A stretch of DNA of 64,000 bases from Sminthopsis crassicaudata (lineage: Eukaryota), in assembly GCF_048593235.1 (NCBI RefSeq), contig NC_133619.1, positions 121,658,454 to 121,722,453 of the forward strand. Reading direction: 5' to 3'. The first letter of the stretch is position 1. The number at the start of each line of letters is the position of its first letter. The notes under the pieces were generated by a model. The model was not told the origin of the DNA and did not search any database. It saw only the letters and a list, made by a program, of their open reading frames with translations. The position numbers and the translations under genes are program-made. Of the stretch, positions 25,901 through 39,109 are shown one piece after another.

Positions 25901-26249
25901 ACCCAGATCCATCAGCACATTCAGCTCCTGGATAGACTAGAGGCAGAGTCCAGGGACAAGATCATGCATTAGGAAAGCTGAAGGATTTTTCCAGCAATAC
26001 CCTGAATCATGCATGTAGGCTGGGGACTGCCTTGCCTAAATCAGTCCCTTCAGAAAATTGCCAAAGTCCTTTGCTTGATGGAGAAAATCTACTTGGCCAA
26101 AGTCATCTTGGATTTTTCTTCCAGCAGCTAGAGAAGGAGCTAAGTGCTTCAATATCAGTTTTTCACTCTTTTTTCCCCAGTTCCTAAACACCATATGATA
26201 AGATTTCCCATTTCCACATGATAAGACCAAGTATATAGTGGAGACAGAA

Positions 26250-26590
26250 TAACAATAACAATTGTCATTTATATAGCACTTTTAGGTTTGCAAAGCATTT
26301 TACATTTATCTCATTTAATCCTCACCTCTACCCTGGGAGAGAGGTACTATTGTTATCCCATTTTTACAGGTGAGGAAATTTAGGATGAGAGGTTAAATCA
26401 AATTGCCCAAGTTCATGTAGCCAAAATTTAGGTCTTCTTGTCGATTCAGTCTTTTAAGTTATATCCAACTCTTTGTGGAGTTTTCTTTTGGAGTTTTCTT
26501 GGTAGAGATATTGAAGTAGTTTGCCTTTGCCTTTTCCAGCTCATTTTACAGATGAAGAAACAATGTTATGTGATTTATCAGGGTCACATA
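26250..26590 (-). mobile_element. MIR-type SINE fragments
   Basis: atttatatagcact...ttttacaggtgaggaaatt and ttttccagctcattttacagatgaag. Confidence 0.75.
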
Positions 26591-27309
26591 GCTATATTTC
26601 TTCCTCCATTGAATCATCTTAACTAGAGATCTCAATCACTGTCTTTGAACCCTCGAAAATAATCAGTTTGGATTTGGAAACACACTTTTTCATTTTCTGT
26701 TCCTTTACAGGTGGAGGACTAGAAGTAGGGGGGGGGTCTACATTCAATTCTACATGAAGAACTATGGAGAGGGAGGCTGGCTTAGAGCAGGCTGGTCCCT
26801 GACACCAGTAGCTGTGTGACCTGGGAGAATCATTTGAACTCTGAGTGTTTCAGGACAGTGTTTTCCAAATTATTTTGGTAGTCTATCAGCAAAACATTTT
26901 ATTTGTAATTTATATGCTTGTAATACTGTACTAATAGATTGTACTGTGAAATATATACAAAAGTAAACATTAAAAAGGAGATAAAGATGAAAGTTTTCAA
27001 ATGTTTTATTTCTTTTTTAATAATACAAAATTTAGGCTCTTATTGAGATATTAATTGTTAATGAGAATTGTGATTAAATCTACTTTATTATTTTCTTGAA
27101 AAAACTCCATGTATGTCTTGGCAGATAAGACACTATTAAAAATAATTGCTTTCATAATAAATTACTCAGATAATTTGATTTATGTAGTTAACTAAGCACA
27201 TAAAATGTCATTGAAAGAGACATAAGGCAACACTCAATAGTAGGTCAAAAATTGGTAAATACTTTTATATTAATCAGAGCAATCACTTTTGATTAGGGAG
27301 GGAAGGAAT

Positions 27310-28000
27310 AGATATTTATGTAGTAGCTATTATGTATCAGGTACTATGCTAAGTGCTTTTTGCAACTATTATCTCATTTGATCCCTAGAACTTAGCTGCA
27401 AGGGTAGTATTATTATAACTCTCATTTTATATTTGAGGAAGCAAACAGAAGTTAAATTACTTGTCTAAGGCCACAGCTAGTGTACATCTGAGACAGAATT
27501 TAAATCCAGGTCTTCCTGACTCCAGGCCCAACAATCTATCCATTGTACCAGCAACTGCCTCTATTTAGGGTAGAGACTATGAATTCTCTGGTATAAAGTT
27601 CTGAGATAAAAGAGTTCCTTCTACTCATGCAGGCCTGTATCTGCTCTGTGATAACTTTGACTCGCTCAGGGTTTCCCAGACTATAAGTTTTGGAAGAAGG
27701 ATTTGAAATCCAGGTGGTCCTGGCTCCAAGACCAACACTCCATTTACTATTCTTGCTGTTCAGTCATTTAAGCTGAATCTGACTTTTTGTGACCCCATCT
27801 GGGGTTTTCTTGGCAAAGATACCAGAATGGTTTGTCATTTTTTCCTTTGCTCATTTTATAGGTGAGGAAACTGAGGCAAACAGGGTTAAGTGACTTATTC
27901 AGGATCCCACAGTTGAGCACCTAAGGCCAGATTTGAACTCAGTAAGATGTCAACTTCTTCACTTCAGACTCAGCATTCTATCCACAGTGCTACCTAGCCA
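27310..28000 (-). mobile_element. Cluster of MIR/Mar1-type SINEs
   Basis: Several CORE motifs (gaggaaactgaggcaaacagggttaagtgact) and reversed heads. Confidence 0.8.
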
Positions 28001-28379
28001 CCCCATTTACTATTTTATACTGCCAATTAAATTTTTAAAAATTGCTTTTTATGTTTTGTTTTTTGGTGGAATTGTTTCATTCCAGATTTTATTTGAATTT
28101 GCATATGACTATTATATTTTATTTGCATTGCTAGTTTTATAATATTATATTTCAACCAGATAGGAACAGGACCTATTCTCCAAAACTCTGATAGCTCCTG
28201 CCCTGTGAATTTGTATTATGTCCCTTAAGTCTGGAATGCCCACTCTCTTTCCCTTATGTCTGCCAAAAGCCTCCTTTCCCCCACTTCTTTCTGATTCTTC
28301 TAGCTCTAATTTCTATTTAACTTATATTTTTTCCTGAGTTCTTTGTACCTTAATCTTGCATTCATCATAATTTAGCTGA

Positions 28380-29090
28380 CATTATAGTTATTTGTGGAGG
28401 TGTCATATTTTGTGAACTCTATGAAGGCAGGCAAGGACTTTTGTAGTGTTAGTGCCATTAATAAGCACATGTCGAAGAGTCTGCGACATGTCAACTCCTG
28501 TACAATGTTGTAGAGATCCTAATACCAAAGTGATGCAGTGTCTGTCCTCAAGTAGCTTACATTTTACTAAAGAGAGGCACTGTGCTCACAGATACATTAT
28601 ATAAAGGTAAATGCCGTGTGATTTTTGGAAGGGATAACAACAGGGAGAATTAGGAAAACTTCTTGAAGTTTTGAGATGAGGATTGAAGGGTATGAAGGAT
28701 TTAAAGAGATGAAGGTATGGAGGGGAGAGGATGCCAGACTGGAGGGATTTCTGTGCAGACTGCAGAGAAAGGAGAAAGGTTGTTGTGTATGGGGAATAGC
28801 AAATGTGGCTGGATCCATTTACTGTGTGTGGAAAAGGAATATGTAATTAGGCTGGAAAGATGGGCTTCAACCAGACTGTGAAGGGCTTCATATGAAATAG
28901 AGGACTTTGTGTTTGATATGAAGGCAGTGGAGAGCCATAAATGGTTCTTGCTGAAAGGAATGCTATGGTCAGGCCTTTATTATATTAATTTTGCGTCTCC
29001 ATGAAGGATGAATTGGAAAAGGGAAAAGCTGGATGCTGGGAGAACAATTAGGAGATTATTGCAGTAATCCTAGCAAGTGGGGTGAGGGTC
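28380..29090 (-). mobile_element. L2 LINE fragments
   Basis: L2-like 3' end and purine-rich antisense body (ccagactgtgaagggcttc...ggagccataaatggttctt). Confidence 0.65.
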
Positions 29091-29289
29091 TAGATCCATT
29101 AATTTAGATATATACAGTTCAGTGTTTTAAATCACCATCCTTTTAATGAAAACGTGAATATTGTTAGGTAATTATTCTATACCTTCGTCAGTAAGTCATT
29201 ATACTTCATATAAACCCATGAATTCTGTAATATATGTTTAGTCAAATTATTACCTAAACAGGACCCCTGCAAGAAATATTTTCCTGAAG

Positions 29290-30866
29290 GAAGTGAAAAT
29301 TGAGTGGATGCCTCTCATCTGGGAATTGGCTGAATTAGTTATGGTATATGAATATAATGGAATATTATTGTTCTATAAGAAATGATGACCAGGCTGATTT
29401 CAGAAAAGCCTGGAAAGACTTACATGAACTGACACTAAGTGAAGTGAAAAGAACCAAGAAAATATTGTATACAGCAATAAGATTATATAATGATCAACTG
29501 TGATGCACTTGGCTCTTTTCTTTTTTTATCATTATTTAGAATTTTTTCCCCACAGTATATATATGCATGAGTAATTTTTAAAATAATATTATCCCTTGTA
29601 TTCATTTTTTCCAAATTATCCTCCCCTCCCTCTACTCCCTCCCCCCGATGGCAGGTAATCCCATACATTTTACATGTGTTACAATATAACCTAGATATAA
29701 TATATGTGTGTAAATACCATTTTCTTGTTGCACATTAAGTATTAGATTGCGAAGGTATAAGTAACCTGGGTAGATAGACAGTAGTGCTAACAATTTACAT
29801 TCACTTCCCAGTGTTCCTTCTCTGGGTGTAGTTGTTTCTGTCCATCATTGATCAACTGGAAGTGAGTTGGCTCTTCTTTATGTTGAAGATTTCTACTTCC
29901 ATCAGAATACATCCTCATACAGTATTGTTGTTGAAGTGTATAGTGATCTTCTGGTTCTGCTCATTTCACTCAGCATCAGTTGATTTAAGTCTCTCCAAGC
30001 CTTTCTGTATTCCTCCTGCTGGTCATTTCTTACAGAGCAATAATATTGCATAACCTTCATATACCACAATTTACCCAACCATTCTCCAATTGATGGACAT
30101 CCATTCAACTTCCAGTTTCTAGCTACAACAAAAAGAGCTGCCACAAACATTTTGGCACATACAGGTCCCTTTCCGTTCTTTAGTATTTCTTTGGGATATA
30201 ATCCCAATAACAGCAATGCTGGGTCAAAGGGTATGCACAGTTTGACAACTTTTGGGGCATAGTTCCAAATTGCTCTCCAGAATAGCTGGATTCTTTCACA
30301 ACTCCACCAACAATGCATCAGTATCCCAGTTTTCCCACATCCCCTCCAACATTCATCATTATTTGTTCCTGTCATTTTAGCCAATCTGACAGGTGTGTAG
30401 TGGTATCTCAGAGTGGTCTTAATTTGCATTTCTCCGATCAGTAGTGATTTGGAACACTCTTTCATATGAGTGGATATATTTGGCTCTTTTCAACAATGAG
30501 GTGATTCAAGATTTAATTCCAATAGGCTTAATGATGGAAAGTGCCCTCTCTCCAGAGACAGAACTATAAAGGCTGAATGTGGATCAACATATAATATTTT
30601 CTGCTTTTTGTTGTTGTTTATTTATTTTCCCCTTTATTATGCTTTTCCCCTATTGATCTGATTTTTTTTATACAGTATGACAAATATGAAAATGTTTAGA
30701 AGAATTACATATGTTTATCCTTTGCTGAATTGCTGTTGTCTTGGGAAGGAGGGAAAGATGGAGAAAATTTTGGAATACAAAATTTTGTGAAAGTAAGTGT
30801 TGAAAATAATCTTTGCACATATTTGGAAAATAAAATAGTATTACAATAAAACAAAATAAAAAATAA
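29290..30866 (+). mobile_element. Older L1 3' end, split by a young L1 (host pieces 29290-29520 and 30480-30866)
   Basis: The host sequence resumes exactly after the duplicated TTGGCTCTTTTC. Confidence 0.85.
29521..30479 (-). mobile_element. Young 5'-truncated L1 (959 bp) with an uninterrupted ORF2 C-terminal frame (187 aa, Cys-rich CWRGCG...HCWW) and 12-bp TSD
   Basis: ORF 29902-30465, reversed A-tail at 29521, TTGGCTCTTTTC at 29509-29520 and 30480-30491. Confidence 0.96.
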
Positions 30867-31201
30867 ATGTTTTCATGGGATTCCATGTATCCCACAAGTG
30901 GATCTATAAACATGTTTTGTAATATTATTAATGTTTTCTTCCACTTAGGAGTCCATTGTCCTTCATTAGGTCTTCAGGTCTACAAAGGGAGACATATAGT
31001 GAGCAATTGTGCCTATGAGGTGATTGGGAAAATTTTGTGTGTTTGCTCTTGCTCTTTCTTTGAAGCAAATATTCCTTTGCAAAAGATAATCTTATGTTAA
31101 ATGATAACAATGAAGCTTCAGTGTTAGTCACTGGACCCTTAGGATTGGGAGAACTCACAGAGGGTAGAGGCTTAATGACAGAGAAAAGAGACTTTTTGAC
31201 C

Positions 31202-31207
<6 letters not shown>

Positions 31208-31254
<47 letters not shown>
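31208..31254. repeat. (TG)n microsatellite
   Basis: Direct sequence. Confidence 0.97.
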
Positions 31255-31257
<3 letters not shown>

Positions 31258-31775
31258 GTGGGGGAGAAGTGTAACAGGCTTGTCCTGGGAGAGGGAGGCC
31301 AGAGCAACCATGTTATACTTAGAAGGTGGCCAGACTTGTGGCTGCATGAACTGACCTTTGTGGATTGCCAAGCTTGGCACTCACCATTCTTCTCTCTCAC
31401 TTCTCGCCATCATCTCCCACCACATATCTACACTTAGCTTGGTGAGTAGCATCTGTTAATGTGGGTTGATCTGGACAAGTAATAGATACATTTCAACATC
31501 AGTCCCTGAAACCTCCATTTCTGAATGTGTCCCTGGTTGCCCCTGTCACCATGGTGCTGCTGCCACCACTGCTGTGGTTTCCAGCAGCATAAATGTGTCA
31601 GAGGGCTGAGACAGAACAAAACTGAGCTGGAGGAGCAGGCTCATTTGCTTACTCATAGGATTTCAACAATGAGGGGGAAAAAGGCAAATCTAATTCTCTT
31701 TTATTAAAGAAATGATTTTCTTCTTGTGCATATTAAAGATATTTTCCTCTTTGTAGTTTAAAAATACATTTTACT

Positions 31776-31910
31776 GGGGTGGTGCAGTGAACAGTCTTCC
31801 TGAAGTCAGCAGGACCCTAGTTCAAATCTGACCTCAGACACTTAACACTTCCTAGCTGTGGGACCTTGGCCAAGTCACTTAATCCCAATTGCATCAGCAA
31901 AAACAAACAA
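31776..31910 (+). mobile_element. WSINE1-like SINE
   Basis: gttcaaatctgacctcagacacttaacacttcctagctgtg...A-rich tail. Confidence 0.85.
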
Positions 31911-32041
31911 TTTTATTTACTTCAATAAATTACATATAAATTTTTGAATTCCAAATTCTCTTTCTTCATTCCCCTCCCCCATTCCTTGAAAAAATAAGCA
32001 ATATAATAAAAAGAAAACAAATAAACAAAAAAAACCCCAGA

Positions 32042-32215
32042 GGGCAGCTAGGTGGCATAGTAGATAGAACACCAGCCCAGAAATCATGATGACTTGAGTT
32101 CAAATGTGACCTCAGACACTTAACACTTTCTAGCTATGTGATCCTGGGCAAGTCATTCAATCCCAGCAAAAAACAAAACAAAACAAAACAAACAAAAAAA
32201 CAATAACAAAAAATA
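32042..32215 (+). mobile_element. WSINE1-like SINE with (CAAAA)n tail
   Basis: gggcagctaggtggcatagtagatagaacacc... Confidence 0.88.
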
Positions 32216-33010
32216 AGCAATATGATGTTGATTATACACATGAAATCATATAAAACCTGTTTCCATATTGACCATGTTGAAAAAAGAAAGTATGAACACA
32301 CAAAACCAAGAAAAATAAAGAAAGTTTTTTTTTTAAAAAGTATTCTTTGATTTGCACTCAGAGTTCATCAGTTCTTTCTTTGGAGATAAGTAGAATTTTT
32401 CATGATGTGTGCTTAATCAGATTAGCTGTCTTCACAGTTGATGATTATTATAATATTTCTGTTACTACACATTATGTTCTCCTTCTTTTGCTCACTTTTT
32501 ATCTATGCTTATGGGTCTTCTGGGGTTTTTCTGAAACTCATCTGTACATCATTTTTTTTTAATAGCACAATAGTATTTCATTACAATCACATACCACAAC
32601 TTATTCATCTATTCCTTAACTGATGAGCATCCTCTATTTCCAATTCTTTGCCACTACAAAGAGTTACTATAATTATTTTTGTACAATAGCTCATTTTCCT
32701 TTTTCTTTGGTTTTCTTGGGATATAGATCTATTAATTCTGGATGATAGATTATGCACAATTTTATAGACCTTTGGGTTTAGTTCCAAATAATTCTGCAGA
32801 ATAGTTCACAACTCTAACAGCAATGCATTCATGTCTCTCCATATCTCTTCCATATCTCTTCCAGCCCTTGTCAATTTTCTTTTCTGTCATACTAACTATA
32901 TATGAGGTGATATCTCAGAGTTGCTTTAATTTCCATTTCTCTAAACAGTAGTGACTTAGAGTACTTTAATGTGATTATTGAATTCTTTTTTCTGAAAATT
33001 GCTTCTTCAT
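32215..33010 (-). mobile_element. Old L1 3' region
   Basis: Antisense ORF2 end (tttgccactacaaagag...tatgaggtgatatctcagagttgctttaatttccatttct). Confidence 0.75.
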
Positions 33011-33869
33011 ATACTTTGACCATTTATCAATTTACAAATTCTTATATGCATTTTCTTGAGGACTCTAGAGTTTCTATAGTTGAGGCCTTTCAAATCCATA
33101 AAGTTGCTGCTACTTTCACCTTTTTGATTGTTGATCTGCTTGCTTTCCAACATAGCATTTGTTGTTGCTAAGTCTTTGATGTTTCATTTGAGCTTTATCC
33201 AGGCCTCTCTAAGCCACTTGTCCATGCTCTATTTAGTAACTGGTACAGTGCCCATTTTATTACTGTATTCCTCTCTTACTTTTTGTCTAATATAATCTAC
33301 CAATTACCATTTTTATAGTTTTCCACTGTCTTCATTGGTTTCTTCTTTCTTTCCTCATAAAATTTGACTAAAATCTTTTAAGCTTAACAATCTTTACAAC
33401 TTTTCCTCTAGTAACATGTACCTTTCTTTCATTCCATTCTATACTTATGCCATGGCCCTTCTGTCTCCCATTACCCACTTAAGATCCACTTAGTGGGCCC
33501 TCATGAACATCTTTTTAAAGAGGCTTATCCAACTCCAGTAAGCTGTCTGGAAGAAGCACTTCACATATAATGATTTTTCTCTGTCAACTAGATTATCTAA
33601 TCTAATTATTTAGGATATAAACTATGATTATTCCATGGCATTCAATAATTCAACAATTCAGTTATACTCACCAAATATTTTCTGAATAGCTACTCTGTGT
33701 GTGTATGTATATATGTGTGTGTATGTGTCTGTAGTGTCTCTTTACATTCTACTAGGGAATTCTAGTAGGGACTAAGTAAGAGGCTATTTTCAGGCCCTTC
33801 TATTTTTTTCTCTTCTTTTTCTTCATCATCATCATCACTATAATTGACATTTACAGAATACTTTAAGAA

Positions 33870-34070
33870 AGGGGTTCTTAACCTGAGGTTCATGAATTTT
33901 TTAAAAATTCGTATGTTTTGATACTTATATTTCAGTATAATTGATTTCTTTTATAATCCTGTGTATATCCTATATTATTTTAAGCATTTTAAAAATATTC
34001 TGAGAAGACGTTCACCAGACTACCAAGAGAAGTAGGATCCATGATACAAAAGAGATGTTAAAAACCCATG
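33870..34070. mobile_element. hAT (Charlie-like) MITE
   Basis: Degenerate terminal inverted repeats aggggttcttaacc ... gttaaaaacccatg. Confidence 0.7.
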
Positions 34071-34073
34071 TTT

Positions 34074-35434
34074 TATTTAGTGTTTGACACCCAGCTTTTG
34101 GCATAAGAATTCACTATTTGACAAAAACTGCTGGGAAAATTGGAAACTAGTATGGCATAAACTAGAAATTGACCCACACCTAACACTATATACCAAAATA
34201 AGGTCGAAATGGGTTCATGATCTAGATATAAAGAATGATATTTTTTAAAAAATTAGAAGAACATAAGATATTTCACCTCTCAGACCTGCGGAGGAAGGAA
34301 TTTGTAACCAAAGAAAAACTAGAGATCATTATTGATCATAAAATAGATAGTTTTGATTATATTAGATTAAAAAGTTTTGTAGAGATAAAATGAATGCAGA
34401 CAAGATTAGAAGGGAAGCAATAAACTGGGAAAACATTTTTATATTCAAAGATTCTGATAAAGGCCTCGTTTCTAAAATATATAGAAAATTGACTCAAATT
34501 TATAATAAATCAAAGCATTCTCCAACTGATAAATGGTCAAAGCATATGAAAAGACAATTTTCAGATGAAAAAATTGAAATTATTTCTAGTTATATGAAAA
34601 GGGGCTTCAAGTCACTATTGAGCAGAGAAATGAAAATTAAGACTACTCTGAGGTACATTTACACAGCTCTCAGATTGGCTAAGATGACAAGAAAAGATAA
34701 TGATGAATGTTGGAGGATATATGGGGGGAAATGGGGCATTGATACATTGTTAATGGAACTGTCAAAGGATCAAATCATTCTGGAGTACAATTTGGAACTA
34801 TGCTCAAAAAGTGATCAAACTGGGCATACTCTGACCCAGCAGTGTTTCTACTGGGCTTATATCCCAAAGAGAATAAATTATGGTATATGATTGTTATGGA
34901 ATATTATTGTTCTGTAAGAAATGACCAGCAGGATGAATACATAGAGGCCTGGAGAGACTTACATCAACTGATGCTGAGTGAAATGAGCAGGACCAGGAGA
35001 TCATTATACAGGGCATCAATTCTATAAGATGATCAATTCTGATGATTGTGGCTCTCTTCAACAATGAGATGATTCAAATCAGTTCCAATTATTCAGTGAT
35101 GAAGAGATCTAGAGAGAGAACTGTGGGAATTGAGTGTGGACCACAATATAACATTTTCACTCTTTCTGTTGTTTGTTTACATTTTGTTTTCTTTCTCAGG
35201 TTTTTTTCCCTTCTTGATCCGATTTTTCTTGTGCAGCAAGATAACTGTATAAATTTGTGCACATATATTGGATTTAACATATATTTTAACACATTTAACA
35301 TGTATTGGACTATCTGCCATCTAGAGGAGGAGATGGGGGAATGGGGAGCAAATTTGGAACAGAAGGTTTTGCAAGGGTACATGTTGAAAAATTACTCATG
35401 CATATGTTTTGTAAATAAAAAAAACTTTAATTAA
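34074..35434 (+). mobile_element. 5'-truncated L1 with internal deletions, frameshifted ORF2 and probable 14-bp TSD
   Basis: ORF2-like translation (ORF 34390-34890), 3' UTR and A-tail. aaaaacccatgttt (34060-34073) vs aaaaatccatgctt (35435-35448). Confidence 0.9.
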
Positions 35435-35779
35435 AAAAATCCATGCTTTAAGCAAAATACATTATTCACAATGGCCCTTGAACGTTTGATAATATGCAAT
35501 CTAGTAGAAAAATACAATAATATACACAAATATCTATAATTCAAAATAATTCATGCTCAATAGAAAAAAGAGGTGCCAGAAGATTGTTAATTTGAGGGAA
35601 GGGGAGATTATATTGTGGAGGCAGCTATGAATGAAATGGAATTTGTGGACTGAGGTAGTCCATGTATTTTCTTTGGGACTTGACAGTTGTGGGGAAAAAA
35701 ACAAAACAAAACAGCAACAATAATAAGTTGTATCTGGGCCATGGAAATGATGTGCTACATAGCCTCTGACTCAAAGAGT

Positions 35780-36183
35780 TGTTAGGTTCTTACTAAGTGC
35801 TAATGAGATAATGAGATATTAGGTTCTTACTAAGTGCTAAGTCAGTACTTGACAATTCTCTAGTTCCGGCCTTTCCTGGGGAAGAGCTTGCATGCTTAGG
35901 AGGAGGAAGCTCATTGGTTGAAGTACTTCTTCCCAGAAGCCCTTGCATTGTCCCATGCCCATTCTCTGGGAGGAGATCTGTAAAATCTTTTCCTCTGTGC
36001 GCAGGTTTCTTGGGAGCTCTGAATCTCCTCCAACTCTTGTCCTTCCTCAAATCAGACTGGTCTCCTTTCAGCCTGCCTGGCGTCAAGACTTTATCCCAGA
36101 GTCGATTCTGTCAGACCCAATGCTGCCCTTCTTTTATCCTCCCAGAGAATTATCCTTTCCTGGGATGAAGAGTTAACTCTTCA
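35780..36183 (+). mobile_element. Solo ERV LTR-like element
   Basis: Starts TGTTAGG, carries an internal direct repeat (ttaggttcttactaagtgctaa x2), is GC-richer than its flanks and ends near TCTTCA. No clear TSD. Confidence 0.65.
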
Positions 36184-36529
36184 TATGTGTGGATAGTCTA
36201 ATATTAAGGCAACATATTTTTTCTCCCTTTCTTTTTTTATTATATAGCTTTTAATTTACAAGATATATGCACAGGTAATTTTTCAGCATTGACAGGGCAA
36301 CATATTTTTACAAGGGAGAGTGGGCCCTTTTGTTACAGAAAGACCAACATTGATTAAAGGATCCTAAAGTACCTCATGAAATATCAAGTGCTATATTTAC
36401 ATTTTGTGTGTTTGATTGTTATCCATATTCTTACTTCAATTCTATTAAAATCCTGAAGCACTCTCTCCTTTAGTTTTTATATGTGTCATAGGTCACAAAA
36501 AATATCATTATTTTGTGACCAGTCCTTGA

Positions 36530-36760
36530 ATGATGGACAGCTAGGTGATACTTCGAGCAGTTGGTTAGCACAGTGGACAGAATTTTGGACTTGGAGACAG
36601 GAAGGCTCATCTTTCTGAGTTCAAATCTGTCTTCATATACTTATTAGCTAAATGACTCTGGGTAAATCACTTAATTATGTTTGCCTTAGTTCCTCATCTG
36701 TAAAATGAGCTGGAAAGGGAATTGACAAACTTCACCAAGAAAACCCCAAATGAGGTCATG
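36530..36760 (+). mobile_element. MIR/Mar1-type SINE
   Basis: cacagtggacaga...ttcaaatctg...gttcctcatctgtaaaatgagctgg...aagaaaacccca. Confidence 0.8.
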
Positions 36761-37384
36761 AATTTATCTATTTTAGTCTATTATCATGCCCAGATACAAA
36801 GCTTTTCCAACTTGATGGAACCTACTGGAGTTTGAAATGTGCTGTCATGATCTCTGAAAACCAAAGGTGACCTCCATTAAACAATGAGGCATTTAAATAG
36901 AGCTTTATTGTATGTGCCTGATGGAAGGATAAGTGAACACAACGTGAGTTTTGTGAAAGAAACTAGATATATTCATCAGCTTAAACTATTATTATTGTGA
37001 AACTGAAACTGCTTTTTTCCAAATTTACCAGTGATCTGTCAAATCCAATGGCCCTTTCTCAATCCAAATTCTTTTTAACTTCTCTGCCATTTTTGACATT
37101 GTTAATCATACGCCTCTTGAAAATTTTTTTGATACTACTCTCTTTTAGTTTTTTCCCTTCATATCTGATCCATTCTTTTCAGTCTTTTTTTTTTTTTTTT
37201 TTTGCTGGATCTTTGTTTTCCCTATCAATTGTGATTTCCTCTAGGGCAAGGACTATCTTTTGCTTTTCTTTATACGCCTATATTGTTTAATATAGTGACT
37301 GACATATAGTAAGAACTTGACAAATGTTTATTGACTATTTGAATTAACTCATTTATAAAGCACTTTATGTATATACACTCTTTG

Positions 37385-38090
37385 CATATACATTTGACAT
37401 TGTGAACTGACCCAACCATCTGGAAAGCAATTTGGAACTTTGTTAAAAGGATTATAAAACTGTCCATACTCTAGACTTTTAGTCTATCCTAGTAATACTA
37501 TACTATTACGTCTATATCTCAAAGAGATTTTTTGAAAGTGAAAAGGACTTATCTGCACAAAAATATTTACAGCAGCTGTTTTTATAGTGGCAAAGAATTC
37601 AAAATCGAAAGGATGCCCATCAATTAGGGAATAGGTGACAAGTTATTTTTATATGAGTGTGACAGAATACTATTGTGCTATAAGAAATAAGGAGCAGGAT
37701 GGTTTTAGAAAAATCTACAAAGAAATGGAAAGTGAAGTTACTATACATAGTAACAACATATATTGGAAATATGTGTAAAAATATGTAAAACAATATTGTA
37801 AAGATGATTAAATATAAAAACTTAGGTACTCTGACAACAATCCAACACAGTTCCAAAAGACCCCATGATGAAAAATGCTATCCACCTCCAGAGAAAGAAG
37901 TAATGAACACTGAAGATTGAAATATATTATTTTTCACTTTTTTGTGTGTTTTTGTATTAGTCTGTGTTTTCTTTCATAATAGGACTAATGTGGAAATTGT
38001 GCATGGTTACCTATGTATAAATTGTTTATCATCTCAGAGAGCAAGAAGGGAAAGAAAAGAATTAGAAATTTAAATAAAAAGATAAAAGTT
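37385..38090 (+). mobile_element. Old L1 3' region
   Basis: aaccatctggaaagcaatttggaac...tagtggcaaagaattc...ctatccacctccagagaaagaa. Confidence 0.8.
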
Positions 38091-38433
38091 AACATTTGTT
38101 TTTACACATAATTGTGAATAAAATTTTTTTTAAAAATCATTTAAAATGGTCTAACGGTCATTTGGTAAATGTTGTCGGATCCTTTGTGCAGTTTGCCTAA
38201 TTAAAAGGTGATGGACTACTATGTGTCATGACAATCAGTTCTTCCATTTTTCATGAGTAAGTTGCTTTTTTTCCCCTCTATTATACTTCTTGACTTTGTA
38301 TCTTTAGCTTTTTGGTATTTACTTTCCATCATTTTGGCAATCTGATTAGTGAAAGTTGGCAAATTGTATTTGAAATTGCTAATAATCCTGTTGAGCAGAA
38401 CTGTCTTAAATAGTCTCTGAAATCCAAGTGGAA

Positions 38434-38464
<31 letters not shown>

Positions 38465-39109
38465 TCATCTTACTATTTTTCTGTGATGAATGACTCATTA
38501 TGAATCCACAGTGACTCATTTTTAAACATTCTTATGTCTCAAATACTATCGGAGTTAAACTCCTTGTTTTGTAGAATCTTGCCTATTACAAGATCAGGCT
38601 TGTTCATCAGCCATTTCTCTCTTTGAGATTATTCTGAAACGAAGAAAACAATGCCTTTCAAGTGAGGAGAAGTTGGTTTTATGAAAATCATAGGAAACTG
38701 ACTGTCAAAGGCATGACCACTGAAGCATGCTTATTAAAAAAGGCAATAAAAAAGTCTATTCCTAGGGATAAAGCTAAAATGAAGGAGAAAAAAGAACAAA
38801 AGAAAGGAAGCCAGAACTGAGTCAAACTCATAAAAGTTTTTGAGACTTAAAATGAAAATTAAACACCAATCCATGATCATCACCCCAGAACTTGGTCTCT
38901 GGCATTAATTACAATTTCTTCAACACGGCTGCATTAATTTTATTTTCATTTTGACTTTAAAATAAGCCTAATACTATTATGTTATCTATAAAATAAAGTT
39001 CGGAATCTTTTTCTCCTTAGCATTCTTCTTATTCTGACTGGTGATACCCTATTTTTCCAACCTCATCTTAATTTATTGCCAATCAAACTGTTTACTCTTC
39101 AGTGAAACA

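Noticed and set aside
25870-25970. Plus-frame LLDRLEAESRDK resembling STRIP1/2 as I recall them
   Set aside because: A single short match. The only other resemblance (KILL...SI at 17.9 kb) is not collinear, and no further STRIP sequence was found.
30928-31437. ORFs with (HT)n or (VC)n repeats
   Set aside because: Artefacts of the (TG)n microsatellite.
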